DNA from: Oikopleura dioica
Taxonomy: Eukaryota > Animalia > Chordata
Length of the DNA stretch: 64,000 bases
Reading direction: 5' to 3'
NCBI GenBank assembly: GCA_907165135.1
Contig: OU015567.1
Location: 11,222,001 to 11,286,000, forward strand
Shown: in pieces, positions 1 through 12,800 of the stretch
Layout of the letters: each line of letters starts with the position of its first letter
Position numbering within the stretch: position 1 is the stretch's first letter
Made by a program: the position numbers and the translations under genes
The notes under the pieces: generated by a model
What the model was told of the DNA's origin: nothing
What the model saw: the letters and a program-made list of their open reading frames with translations, nothing else
The model's database searches: none

Positions 1-764
1 TTGTTTGGGCGATGTCGAGTCCTATTGTATTGTTTTAGGGAAATAATTGAAATAAAAGTTAAAAATTTGTAGTTTTGGTATTCTGATGTCTGCTATGATC
101 TCTTATCGCGCGCCTCGATTTTTATTTCGGCGCCCACTGGGAGGTTTTCTTCGTTGATTTCATGTTTTTGTTTTACAATTTGGCGCTATCTCTGCCTGAG
201 CTCTGTCACAAAAAGATATATGATAACATAAAATGCAAGAGTTTTCTACCTTTGACTCGAACAGACATTAACAGAAAATTGGAAGCAGTCCAATTATATA
301 ATTGATAAACCTGCAAGAAGAATTCCCTTTTTGTCAAAATTGTTAGGCCTTTTATGAGATAACAAGTAATTCAACGTTTTTTTTTTTAACATCTTGAATA
401 TATTAGCAGTCACGAAATTTGAAACAGTTGTATTTTTTCTATGAAGGCAGGTATAATGTGAAGTTGACTGCTTGTAATCGTTGGGAAAGAAGTTGATCAT
501 TTTCAATTGAAGATATGTCTATTATAAAGGGTTATTGTAGTCTTTTTTGAGGTTTTTTTTAATAAAAATTTTTCTTACGTTAAATTATGCAGCATTGTCT
601 TTTCAATAACACTTGAAGAATAATTTGTAGAAACTGTGGTGAGTCGGGCAGTGCTAGAAAATGGTTATTATTTTTTTTTTTGTGTTAAGTTAAGTTTAGG
701 ATTGCCAAAGTTGACCTTTCATGATTTCATAAGTTTAGTTTACCTTATAATGAATTGCTGGAAA

Positions 765-1775
765 TTAGAAACTCTCGTCGGATGGTGATTCGTCGTCTAA
801 GTCTAGGTCTTGAGCAGTAGTCAGTTCTTTGGCAATTGACTCCAGGGCAGTGTACATTTGCTGGGCAGATGGCTTTTGTTTCTTCTTGTCAAATTTGGGT
901 AAAAACATGTAGAGAAGGATGATACTGATTAAAATAAACAAGAGAACTCCTGTTATTCCGTAGTTCACGAGAGGGCTGATCAGTCGAATCAGGAAGCAGA
1001 ATATTCCAATGCGCATCGCCGTATTTTGAAACAGGGAGACGACACAGTTAAACAGGCTCGCCATAATGTTGCGCAGGCATCTAGCGGCTCGTTCTGAATC
1101 GCGAGAGTAGAGTGAGCAGGCGAGTTCGACGACTGTGGCCAACTTGTCTTGAAAGAATTCCTTCACTGATGCAGCGCTGTCCGGGGGTGACCTGTACAGT
1201 TCTCTTGCTGTATTGAATGGCAGAGTGATCCAAAATAGGAAGAACAATTTGATTTTCTTGATCACCGATTTGCTGCCATTGTTTTTTTCTGTTGAGTCGT
1301 TGCTTACTATTTCTTCTATTTTACCAGCGTCTTTGTCTAGGCGCTTCTTTTGACGGTTGATTTCAGCTGCGAAGGCCTTGCTGTATCCTGATAAGAAAAT
1401 TAAACGGGGAGTCTCTCAACAATCCAAGAAAAAATTTATCTTCGGAAGTTATTTTATCTGTAATCAAAAATTACCTTTATCAGCCGGGGATAAATGGGAT
1501 CCATCTGATTTGACCAAACCGCACGGAGTCTGATGGACACAGAAGGCGCAAGGAGTAAAAGGGGCTAAATTATTTTGTCCCCGTATTCAAGAAGAAACAG
1601 AATGAATACCTGGACATGTTTGCTGAGTGGCTGTCTTTGTCGTTGATTTTTTCATTTTGACTTGTTCTGCTTTTGATTTCTCTGCAAAATTTGTAAATAT
1701 GCTAAAAAAATTGTTTTCCGGCTGGTGTGGGAAGCTGAAATGAGTGTAGAGTGAGCGTGATAATAGTGGGAACAA
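765..1775 (-). CDS. Hypothetical multi-exon protein with a hydrophobic (TM-like) segment and acidic C-terminus
   Basis: ORF 765-1265 has GITGVLLFILISIILLYMFL and an acidic tail. Probable upstream exons lie near 1320-1390, 1475-1560 and 1587-1775. No recognisable family. Confidence 0.4.
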
Positions 1776-2125
1776 CAGCTGCAGGAATGATTTTTCAGGA
1801 GCGGAATGAAATAATCTGAGCCCGTCGCAGACGATCCTAACTTAAATTGATCATTCGTGACTTTATGAATGGCAAATGAACTTTAATCGAGTGAAAATTT
1901 CATCCTCGCGCTCGGAAATAAACAATCCTGGAAATATACAGTGCTGTTATAAAAATTTAAACTTTCGCTGCTGTTAGCAAAATATCTTTGGTGGATAAAA
2001 ATTGAGGTTTCTATTATATTTGATTTATTTTTTTGTTTTGATTAGCTTTTTTCATTAAATTATCAAGTCGGCCATTCCCTTTAACAACTATTCTTTTCAA
2101 GTTTTTTTTTGTATCTTATATTTTC

Positions 2126-2140
2126 GCACGCGGAGCGTGC
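2126..2140 (+). promoter_or_regulatory. Dispersed hairpin motif GCACGC-GGA-GCGTGC, copy 1 (+ orientation)
   Basis: Exact 15-mer, perfect 6-bp stem with GGA loop; T-rich box about 12 nt upstream. Confidence 0.85.
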
Positions 2141-2363
2141 CCTCTGGACGAAAATGCTTTTGGAATCTGTTGTCTTCTATGTCTTCACATTTACATATCG
2201 GCTCTGTGACGGCTTCTTTCCTAAGTTTTCTGTTAATCTTTTCTTTTTGGCCATATCAATCGCCGAATCATGGTCTTATCATTTATTGACAAAAATGAGC
2301 GAAGTAGGAAGTCGCTTATTTACGTTGTCTGTACTTAGGTTGAAGACTCACTTTGGTAAGCAG

Positions 2364-3028
2364 TAAACTTCGAATCAAATATGCTTCGAGTGGAATACAT
2401 TCATTCTTAGCATTCAACTTATTGACTTATGAGACTGTGTCTTCTATGTATTCAGCTTTTAAAATCATCGAAAGGTTGTTTTTTTTACTTTTTATTTTTA
2501 CAAGAGTTAATTCATATTTTCTAGAGAAACTGGTGTTTCTCACCACACTGAGAAGCGCAAAATTTTTTTTTGCGTGTTTCTCAGGCTCTAGAAAATATTT
2601 GTTTATAAAAACGCCACTCTTTATGGATTATTTATTCTCAGAACAAATTCTTTCTAGAGCCTGCGAAGCACACTAAAGAGTGTTTTGCGCTTCTCAGCTT
2701 GGTGAGAAACACCAGTTTGTCTAGAGAATTGCGGGAGTTAGCACATTGCGGTTGGCCCGCGGCACCTCCGTGCTTTCATGGTTACATGGTGTATAATCCT
2801 CCTTTTTTGAAGGCTTCAAGTTGAAGTTTGTTCATCTTTATTCTTCCCTACTTAGCACCTTAAATTGAACATATTCAACTCTGGTCAGTTCGGTCCACTA
2901 CGCCGAATCATGCTCTCATAATTTATTGGAAAAAGATTCAAATCGGACAAAGTCTACTTCCGTTGCTTACATGGGTTGAGTAATCGCTTGGTTAACTTCG
3001 AATCAAATACACTCCGAGTGGACTACAT
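2364..3028 (+). repeat. Two degenerate short arrays of the 16-bp TACACTTCGA-N repeat (about 2364-2398 and 2994-3028)
   Basis: aacttcgaatcaaatatgcttcgagtggaatac and aacttcgaatcaaatacactccgagtggactac match the family seen at 4.1, 5.8, 17.1 and 35.8 kb. Confidence 0.6.
2517..2728. mobile_element. Foldback/MITE-like palindromic element, copy A (~210 bp)
   Basis: About 46-nt terminal inverted repeats (ttttctagagaaactggtgtttctcacc...gagaagcgcaaaa) plus nested inner inverted repeats; related copies at 27.8 and 28.5 kb. Confidence 0.8.
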
Positions 3029-4092
3029 TGATGCTTAATTTCTATTTTGAATTCTCCATGCTTGCACTGACTGTCAACTTTTTTTTGCTAGTTTTTTTGT
3101 CACGGTCTTGGTTTTATTGTGATTTTGCTAGTAAATTTTTCGCAAGAACAGTGAAATAGTTTAGGAAATATTGTGTCTTTGGTTTAGACCTTGGACATCG
3201 AACGAATATTGTCATCTATGCGTCGAGGGATAACAGGTACTCCATGTTAGTTCTCTTGTTCGCTTGATATTTAACTGATTTTATTGATCTATTTCTAGGT
3301 ATCAGGCGTTCCTGGCTAACAAGTCTCAGCCTCATATTCTTAATTTTCATGGCATCTCCTGGTGTCTAATTAAAGGTACAAAATTGTTATTTAGTAAGGC
3401 TCTCGCCCAAAAAAAAAGAATACATAGAACAATCCAGAATGTCCATTGTATTCTTTGCTTTGAGAAAATTTTTGTTATTTGTCCCTGGCTTTATGAGTAT
3501 ATCGGCGTCTCGAGTAATGTCCAGCATATTTTCTATCTTGCTGGTTATTTCGCTTTGTTTGCTTAGTTAACAAGCGAATATAAACAGTCATTATTTTTTT
3601 TTAACGTCGATACAATTGTAACTTTATAAGCTTTCCTGAAGTCCACGTAAATATCCCCATTGGTTCTGCTTCCACTGCTTTCGTATCTTGATATAAAATC
3701 GGAAGCTTGGGCGATGACCTGTTCGACTAAAATAAATTTTTATTCTTTGCAAATATTTAATGTTTACGTTTTGTAATAAGTCTCTTGCTGTCCATGATGA
3801 GAGGATGATCTTGATCTGAATAAATTTGTTGTTATCGTCTTTTAATGAATATCAACGATATGCACAGGTACAATGCGTCAAATTCTCTAACATCAACTAA
3901 ACTGGCATTTCGCGGCGGTCAATAATAACTCAATATGATCTAGAATTTTCCGTTCTCTAAAATTTTAATTTTTTGATCAATTTCTTATTAAATTCTATCT
4001 AAGATTTCTTCTACTAAAAAAGTTGGTTATTCGGCGTTATTGTTTCTCGATGTCAGATTGTAGTCTAAATTTTCCTAGTGATTCTGGATTTT

Positions 4093-4152
4093 ACTTCGAA
4101 TGGAATACACTTCGAATGGAATACACTTCGAATGGAATACACTTCGAATAGA
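4093..4152 (+). repeat. 16-bp tandem repeat (TACACTTCGAATGGAA)x~4
   Basis: Directly visible tandem units. Confidence 0.85.
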
Positions 4153-4559
4153 ATAACAAATTATGCTAATTGCTCATTTTCTTTTGGGCCGACGTAGAAA
4201 ACTAACTATTACGAATTTGTGATTGAATAAAAACATAAGGCTAGAATTTTTCAACCCCTTTCAGAAAATTTGTTTACGTAGAAAAAAGATTCATCCTGTG
4301 GCAAAGATAAGTTTTTAGCTTCTTTCGACCCGAATGATGATTAATGCGTGACAAGGCTTGCTACGATATGTTTGAATCCCATGTTAGTCAAACCTGGTAT
4401 GGCTAGAAAATAATTTGATTTGCTGATAGCAGACATATCTAGGGTTTTTCACCGAAGCGCGCGGGGCTCGAACCCACTTTTCAAGCATCGAGAGAATTGT
4501 GCAATGCCACTGTTTTATCAAAGTTTCGGATTTTATTGAATAAGATTATTAATTATTAT

Positions 4560-4872
4560 TTCGTGAAAAAACCCGTGAAAGTCCTCCCGATATCGTTGAT
4601 CATATTTTTGAGACTATGCTCGAAGAAGACGAATGTCGCCGTATGCGCAAATTTGAGAAGGAAATGGAGTCCAGAAGGGCTGAGATCAAAAAATTGAAGT
4701 AAGCTAATTTCTTGAAAGTAAATCTGTTTCTGTTATGATAATCTTAATTTCAAGGGCGGGAAATATCAAACTCGAGCTGGAATTATTGAAAGAAGAGAAA
4801 CAGTTGATCGAAGCGGAGCAACAGGAACTTCGAAAAGAGAGAGCTAAAATTACTGCACTCAAGGAAGCTAAG
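4560..4872 (+). CDS. Exons of a small charged coiled-coil hypothetical protein
   Basis: REKTRESPPDIVDHIFETMLEEDECRRMRKFEKEMESRRAEIKKL followed by a GT donor; next exon GNIKLELELLKEEKQLIEAEQQELRKERAKITALKEAK. Confidence 0.35.
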
Positions 4873-5638
4873 GTGAGCAACCGATAATGAAATAAATCTC
4901 AATTTTCGTAGGACTCGGCGTAGACGATGTTACTTGAGGCTTTCCTGATTGCTTTTCAATTCAAAAATTTCGAAAATCAGTAAAATCCTGTTTGAATCTT
5001 ATTCTCTTGTTCAATTTAAAATTTGTCTCATCTCATTTTCGATTGCAAAATTGCTTTTTCGAAATAAATAGTGCTCCTCTGAATCACGCTTTTTCTGCGC
5101 CATTTCTAGAAATTCGCCAATGAGAAGAATAAATGCGGGTCGCGAAAAATGGCGATTCTATTCCTATTTGGCAATCCAATAGACTCAATATGGCGACTTT
5201 TTAATTTGAGAATTGAATTGCATATGAAAACTATCGCCGATTAGAAATAACTCATTTTCTGTCTATCGAAAATGCTGACCCGCCCGCATCAAGCGACTAA
5301 ATCGAGTAGAATTCCTATCGAGTCGGCGCTCGGTGGTCACTACGCGTCACGGGGCTTTCGAAGTCAGAAGAGAAAAGTCGCTATTATTGGCTAATCAAGA
5401 TTTCATTTTCAATTGACTCGTACTGCAACTACTGGATTTCGACTGCGAGAGAAATAAGTCGCGTAGAAGATATAGAGAAAGCGTCCTGCTCATTCTTCTT
5501 CTTGCTTATTTTCTTTTTGGTAGGAATGATTTTTATTTTACTCCGCGAATATTTCAATTCTTGTTCTCAATGGTTAAGTTCTGTCGCTGCAACGGTCAAC
5601 TCTGCTTGTAATTTGTCTTTTTGTGTCCATTTATTGCT

Positions 5639-5653
5639 GCACGCGGAGCGTGC
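5639..5653 (+). promoter_or_regulatory. Dispersed hairpin motif, copy 2 (+ orientation)
   Basis: Exact GCACGCGGAGCGTGC, with ttgtgtc 11 nt upstream. Confidence 0.85.
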
Positions 5654-5834
5654 CATTACTCTCGATCGCAGTTTTTGAAGTTTTTCTTTTATTTTATTTG
5701 CCTCGAGTTCGCTCTGAACCTACAAATATCACAACTTGTTGAATTATTCTTTCATGTGCTTTCGTTTATTTCCTATTTTTTATCAAGCGGAACTCTGTTC
5801 TCGAGGTCTGATCTCCGTCATAATTTCCGTGGCT

Positions 5835-5884
5835 TACTTCGAACTGAGTACACTTCGAGTGGAGTACACTTCGAGTGGAGTACA
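5835..5884 (+). repeat. 16-bp tandem repeat (TACACTTCGAGTGGAG)x~3
   Basis: Directly visible tandem units. Confidence 0.85.
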
Positions 5885-5929
5885 CCCAAGTTTGAAATCT
5901 GAGTTTTTTAACTTAATTGTGGGTTCTCT

Positions 5930-6671
5930 TTGTCAACTGCAGCCCCTGTTAACCTCAGTCCTTTTTCAGATATTGGTACACTTGACTCTGATATGTCCAG
6001 TGAGTCTCGAAATAATCATCGCGGGTGTGTCGAAATTCCAGCAAACGCTCCCCGTTCTGTCTGTTTCTCGGGTGGAACTTCGAAACGACCATTCGCTATG
6101 GTCGCTTACAAGTTACTTTTACCCTACACTAACCTGGCTGGTGAATTGGTTAGCCACACAAAATATTTCGCGTTCCGCCTGTCGTCATCTGCGCGCAGGT
6201 ATTCTGCTGAAATTTTACCTTAATACTATATCCGTAAGTGGCGATGACGCTGTCTTCACTTTCACCTGCGTTTCTGCGCGCTGTAAGGCGACCGAGATGT
6301 TTTACGGGCCGACATCGATGTTAACTCCGGATAGAGACCAACTTGCTGTGGCGACAAGCGAAGATTTCTTTCAGTTTGTCTCCTTTCACAACCATCGACA
6401 TCAAGGGCAGTCAATTCTACATACATGCTCTGGCAAGCCGCCGCACATTGCTGCGAATGCAATGTTTCGTATCAAACTCCAGGTGAGAATCTGGGTCAAA
6501 TACGTTATTAATTTGTTTTAGACTACGCCGTTCTCACGTCCTCGTCGTATTTCGGAGATCCGCTCGCACATTGACATTGTCCGCGAAGATGTGAACACTG
6601 TTTTCCCAGGCTTTCAGACAGAGAATTCGGATGATGAGCTCATTGACATTGTCCTTGAACGCCTTAAATAG
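5930..6671 (+). CDS. Stand-alone C-C...H-x-C Zn-finger protein resembling the N-terminal DNA-binding region of the neighbouring transposase
   Basis: Three exons with GT-AG introns. FTCVSARCKA...LHTCSG parallels LKCQNCSG...EHKCRG at about 10.29-10.47 kb. No DDE domain. Confidence 0.5.
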
Positions 6672-7203
6672 GTCCTCTCCAATTTTCAGCTTTTAGGGTT
6701 TAGCTTTCGTCAATTATTAAATCTTATGTTTCTATAAAAGAATTCCAGGGTTTTTCTATTAGTTTATATTAAATTTGTCGTACTCCTTGTTGTCTCAACT
6801 TGTCAATGTTCCTTTTTAGATCCTTGTTAGTTCACGCATTCGTTTAACTTACTGACCCATTAAGTGACTTTATTAAATTTATGTGTTTGCTAAATTATCA
6901 CTGCAAAATGATAACTGTCTGTACAGTATCTTCAACTCTAGGCATCCATAACTGAAAATAAGACTCATATTTTTTTCTGTCTGCCAGCTATAGATTCTTG
7001 TGCTTGTCACGTGTTATCACAGTGTTAGATGATTTTTCTCAAAATGGCGCTTTATTTCTTTCCGAATGATAACTATTTTACTATTAAATTACTTTTTCTC
7101 TTCGAAACTGTACTGGCCTCGAAACTGCATGTCTCTTGGCATAAATACCGAACATATTGCATTTTTTTCCAAATAAAAGCAAGACCTAACTGTGATTTTT
7201 TAG

Positions 7204-7587
7204 ATGCCCCGTGATGACTCCCGCCTTTTTTGTCGGATTTGTGCATTCTCGATGTGCGAAGAAAACAATCCAAGCATCGCTATAGTTCCCTGTGGACATT
7301 CTCGAATTTGTAAAAGCTGCGCAGACAGAGTCGACAGATGTCCATTTTGCAGGGGCGAAAAGAAAGAATGCATTATCATTCGTGACGAGAATCTTGGAAG
7401 GTCAGGGTCAGTATCTCACTTAACAACAAGCCTTTTCGTACTGGGCATATGCACTGCACGTGCTTATTTGTGCTTGATGCGGACCCTTAATCAAAGAGCA
7501 CAGTTAGTCTGGCAACTTGACCAGCTTCAATATCGTGATATGATGGCTGATTATGAAGGCTCTCGAAATGAAAAAATGCGCCCTTAA
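7204..7587 (+). CDS. Small C3HC4 RING protein (IAP/Mdm2-type RING signature)
   Basis: CRIC...IVPCGHSRICKSCADRVDRCPFCR. Confidence 0.65.
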   Translation: MPRDDSRLFCRICAFSMCEENNPSIAIVPCGHSRICKSCADRVDRCPFCRGEKKECIIIRDENLGRSGSVSHLTTSLFVLGICTARAYLCLMRTLNQRAQLVWQLDQLQYRDMMADYEGSRNEKMRP

Positions 7588-7730
7588 CTGCTCTTTTCTT
7601 TTCCATTCTTGTCCTTCACGAAATTCTCATTGACACTCAATGATATCTTTTTTTTTTTTAAAAATAAAGAAAGCTTATTTTAGAACAAGCATCGTGATCG
7701 GAAAATCCGCGGTTTGAATATTTCGCCTCT

Positions 7731-8303
7731 ATGTCGTCATCTGTAAAGGCGAAATGTGGCTGCTGTGGCCATCCTTTTGCCCCTCCATTCAGGCAAGAGG
7801 TCGCATCAAACCCCTGCACTCATGTGGCGTGCTTGCAATGCTTTCTCGCCCGTGGAACGCTCTATGGCGGAGGCATAAACCGTGATGTTTTCCTACGCTG
7901 CCCGGTCCCTAAATGCCTCAAAATCGTCGGCTTCAATAATCGCGACTTGGTCTTCATTTCACGAGTCCCATTCAACCCGCTCGACCTGCCACCTGCAAGT
8001 AATCAATTCGACTCCTCCGATGATGACGAAGACAACGATCTAAATGAAGGTGACGGCAGCGATTCTAAAAGAGACGGCAATAAGACCACTGGTGCTCCTG
8101 TCGGCGAAACCGCAGATTCTATGGATTATGATCTCATCGACTCCTACTATGATGGCAAAAACAACGATCTTGATGGAGGTGACGGCGGCGATCCTGAAGG
8201 AAATGACGCCAAACCAGCAGATTCTATGGATCGCGGAAAGATCTCTGGTACCGCTGTCATTTGGATTTCTGATGAGGAGCCCGAAGAAACCAATCGTCAT
8301 TAA
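7731..8303 (+). CDS. RING-like protein with acidic, internally repeated tail
   Basis: CGCC...PCTHVACLQC...CPVPKC, then an Asp/Gly-rich tail with a duplicated ADSMD block. Confidence 0.55.
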   Translation: MSSSVKAKCGCCGHPFAPPFRQEVASNPCTHVACLQCFLARGTLYGGGINRDVFLRCPVPKCLKIVGFNNRDLVFISRVPFNPLDLPPASNQFDSSDDDEDNDLNEGDGSDSKRDGNKTTGAPVGETADSMDYDLIDSYYDGKNNDLDGGDGGDPEGNDAKPADSMDRGKISGTAVIWISDEEPEETNRH

Positions 8304-8599
8304 GTGCATACTTAGCTCACGTACAAACGCTTTCGTCGAAGGTTTTTCGACTTATCTGTCGTTCTTTTTTTGATCCCTTTCCTGTCTCATTTTGGGATCA
8401 CATCAAATTTGCTTCTGTGCATACTTTATGTACCTGACATGCGACTTAATCATTTTTAGGAGAAATTTTCTTGATTTTCCTCTGCCTTTTTTAGGTTGGA
8501 AATGTGTTCGATAACCCACGAGTTCCCGATTGTTATAATTTTGAGATCATCGCTAATCTTGCATCTCCCTTGAACATGCTTTCTGTCAATTTTATGTTT

Positions 8600-8614
8600 G
8601 CACGCGGAGCGTGC
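8600..8614 (+). promoter_or_regulatory. Dispersed hairpin motif, copy 3 (+ orientation)
   Basis: Exact GCACGCGGAGCGTGC, with TTCTGTC 12 nt upstream. Confidence 0.85.
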
Positions 8615-8726
8615 CCTTTTTAATCATTTATTCTCTTTGTATCTAATCATGTTTGATTATCTTTTCTCGGCTTTTCTTTAAAGTAGATAGTTGGCAATCG
8701 AGGGATTTTTCAGTGATCGGATCGGG

Positions 8727-9670
8727 ATGAGCGACATGGAATCGTTTTTGAGTTCGTGTACTGACGCCTCATCTAGCGAGGACGAAGACTCTTCAGGTGA
8801 TGACGATCCGTTCAACGAAAAGGTAGAGATCGAATTTCATTTTCTTTAGTTAATTTTACCTTTTTCTAGTCTACAAATGATCCTTTGCTGTCAGAGATGC
8901 CCAAGACGTTTGTGACCTCGAGCCCGAAGATGACATCTTTGCGATCGGATCCTAAAGATGACGAAAATGAAGGTCTTTTTGGTGGCAATGTAAGTTTATT
9001 CTCTCCTTTGCGATCTCTGTGCTTATCAATTACTTAGCTTTCGCCGATACGGGGTGAGCGAAGCGCTTCCGACTCATTTTCAACTAAAGTCCAAGACCCT
9101 CGCTCTGCGAATAATTCCCAAGCTTGTGATGATAAGGCTACAAATTTAATCGACTCCAAGACGACATTGGCGAAAGATGACATCGGCTTGATGGATGAGG
9201 AGGGTGATTTCGACGACGATCCTTTCAATTCCCTTTTTCCGAATCACAAGAGAAAATCTTTGGGACGTAGAACGACCTCGAAAAAGGTGCAATTGCCCCG
9301 CAATTCTTCGACAAAATCAAAACCTTCCAGTCAAAACATCAAGGCCCATAGTGGCGGACGCACTCGTTGCACTGGCTCTCAATCTGGCCCAAAGCAGACT
9401 AAAAACCTTCAAGATGATTTTGTCAGAAACAGTCAAGAGCTTTTATCTACTCCGCATAATTCGCCATCGTCGTCGCCTCAAATCTCCCGCTCGTCTTCTC
9501 GCAGCTCCTCACCGACAACTTCGAAGGCAACAAAACCAACCACGTCGAAAAAAGTAAAACGAAGACCTGAAAAGTGCCAAGATGAGGCACTGGAGCCTCA
9601 AGTGAAGAGATTGACTAAGCCTTCGAAAAGTGCCGCGAATATGTCGCAGGAGATGACTCTCCAAATCTAG
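8727..9670 (+). CDS. Ser/Asp-rich low-complexity protein, possibly the 5' part of the transposase gene
   Basis: ttttcAG acceptor before ATG 8727; two GT-AG introns join in frame to ORF 9167-9670. The link to 9841 onward needs frameshifts. Confidence 0.4.
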
Positions 9671-9840
9671 AAGATATTGCTCGTCCTTCTCAACAGCTGA
9701 ATGATCAGATTGATTTTTGTTGGATAATACTCGACCTCACACTGGATTGAGCCATGCTGAGGATATGGACGTTTTTGGCAATGGAGAAGGGGATCTAAGC
9801 ACGTCAAACTTTTTTCGTCGAAACTCCAGCGCAAATCCAC

Positions 9841-12800
9841 GGAGTACCAGATCCTGAAAAATTCATCGATCCAAATTCGGAAATGAAAAAGGGTATTCAG
9901 CGTGACACCGGCGATGAACCAATGGTATCGATCCCTTTGTCTGCAAAAAGGAACATTCTTCATACCTACATATCTGGCAATGGGAATCCTTGCTGCATCG
10001 TTGAATATTTTCTTCCAGTGGACGACGGCGATGGTCAAGACCTGCGTGATCAACCTTCTACTTCAACGGCGCCAGAATCTGCCACGCCTTGGACATGCTC
10101 CATTCCAAATGCAAAGAGAAAGATTCTCAAAAAAAACAAAGCTAGGCGGTCAATTCCGTCGGCAGCTCAGACAAGAAAAGTTGTTTATCATATGCAATAC
10201 AATGGTTGCAACAAAAGGTAAATGGCTTGCACGATTTTAAATAACACTTATTCGTTATCTTAGAGGCAATGGTGCTGCGTCTGTCCATCTCAAGTGTCAA
10301 AACTGCTCTGGTCGCCAAACTGTTTATTGCGACGCGTCTTACATCATGCCAACTAAATCTGGCTCTTCATGGATGATAAACCCAGAAAAGGTGCAACTCT
10401 TTTGGCATAACGCGAAGATGGATCCTCCTGGCGACCATACGCGTCTTAGCCCCAAATACGAGCACAAATGCAGAGGTCTAACGAGGCAAAAAATCGCCGA
10501 AATTACATATGAGTCCGGAATTCTGGTATTTTGTGTAGAGTTAATAGTTTCTGAATAATTATCTAGAAAATGGTTGATCAGATGGGACCTACGGTCACTG
10601 CTCAGTCAGTGCGTGATCATATTAAAACTGTACAGGAAACTTACCCCGAATGGACGCCACACTACGAAGTATCACGATACATAAAAAGATGAGAAACCGA
10701 AAACGATTCTACCGGCGACAAATGCGGGAGGAGTTCAAGCATCGTGACGAACGAGTTCCACTCGTCCCGAAGGTTCTTTCGACTCTGAATTATCACAAAA
10801 GACTCGACGGCGAAGGGTTTGCGAATTTACGGTGGCCATGCGTCGTAACCGATAGGTTTCTAATCGGTAAATAAGCTTGTTTTTGTAATTAACCGTTGTT
10901 CTTATTACGCTTTTTAGTCGCAGATTTGCTAATGCTGTCTCGATTACCTCCAGCATCATTCATTAGAATGATGCTGGATGGTACTTTCACCATATCTGGT
11001 GATTTTCGGCAATGCATCACGATCCAGATAGCAATCACTGATGACACTGGAAACACGGATTACAGATTGGTTGCCGCCATTTATCTCCTCAGTAAGAAGA
11101 AGTTGGACTATGCTGCTGCTTTCTATGCATTCTGGCAAGTGTTGACGAGCATTCACGACTCAAGCGTAATTAGCACCGTCTTTGCTCAAACTGACGGTGA
11201 GATGTCATTGTATCTTGGGTAAGGCTAAATTTTTATCTTTGCAGAAGCCATTAATTTTTCCCAATTAAGCGCAGAGAATGGCCTCAAAAAACACAGCGTC
11301 AATGTTCTTTCAACAATCTGCCAAGTCCATCTGGAGCGGGCGCTCTACAGAAACCTCAAGTCCATCATTGGCTTTCAAACTACGCCCGCAGCTGTCCGGA
11401 TCTTCACGTTCATGATGAAAACGATAGTGAGTACCTTTTTGTTTTTTTTACCTAAAATTTTTTGTTAAGCAATTGGTCAGACCGGATCTCATTATGCCGA
11501 GTCTTCTGGGATTATTCGCTCTTGTCCAGAGGTTGCCAAGATATGGACGAAGAATTTCCCGTTTCTTGCGGGATTACTGTCAGCGAGTCATGGGGCAGTA
11601 CAGAGACAGGTTCTGCTACTACAAATTACTCCTGTTGGCGAAGAAAGAGCGATCGTCAGTTTGTTTGTCGACGAATCCGTCGGAGTCGTTAAACAATAGC
11701 TTGAACAGCCAGTTTCGGGCTAAATTCAAGAAGGTAATTTTGATTCTATAGCGACAGCCATACTTATTATCGTGTTTAGCGAAAGGGCAATTTAGACGAG
11801 GACTTGTTGTTGTTATACGAGTTCATGGATGAATCTGGGCTCAATTATTATCAAGGTCATGTCGATAAGCAACGCGAAGATGAAAACGATCAGGCTGCGA
11901 ACCGAGAGGCTTACGTCAGGAAAGTGATGGACCGATGCGAGCAAGAGGAAATATATGAGCGTGGCATGCCCTTTCCGAGAGAATTTTTCATGGACCTCGT
12001 AAATTTAGCGCTTGAGCGTTTTGCGGTAAGAAAGTTGATTTTACGTTTCATTAATTTCTTTTCAGGAGAAAGCGCCCGCGCGTCTCACTGCCATTCTTCG
12101 AAAACGATGGGCACGTAATCGGCTCGAAGAACGCTTAAAAGAAATCGAAGATGGCAAAGTCAAAGCAGCTGAAATGGACCCGGAAACCGAAGAAGATCGT
12201 CTGGCAGATGAAGAAATTGCAGAGAATGATGAGCCATGTGACGTGCCTGTCGGCGCTATTGAAGATGAAATCATGGCTTCTGGCGATGAGGGTGATGATG
12301 GGATAGAGCTGAACGTAACTCGCGCGATCGGATCACTTAAATTACCCACTACGGTACAGCATGAAATGGCTATGGGCGATCTTCTTGAAGGAGCTAGGGC
12401 GCACAGTGGCGCTGCTGGGCCAAGTCGAAACAGCGACGTAGCGAACGCGTCTCCTGTAAACGGAGCCAATGAGACGCAAGGTGATTCGAATGGAACAAAG
12501 GGCATTGGCGCTGTCGAGCACTCAGCTAACATGGTGACAGAACAATCGAATCCAACGACTGTGAACGGAATATGCGACATTGGCACTGTAGAAACCTCAG
12601 CAAACATGGAGACCGAACGTGCAAATCCGGAAGCTGCTAACGACACAAATGGAGACGACCTGCTTCAGCTTGATTATAGCAACCCTTTTGAGTCGGAATC
12701 CGACACCGACATTGAAATGCCACCATCAACCGACGAGGAAGATGACGCAGACGACGGAGAACAATCGGAAGAGGACTCAATCGATTGGGGATTCAATGAC

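Noticed and set aside
12062-12646. 194-aa minus-strand ORF
   Set aside because: Antisense shadow of the acidic transposase linker exon.
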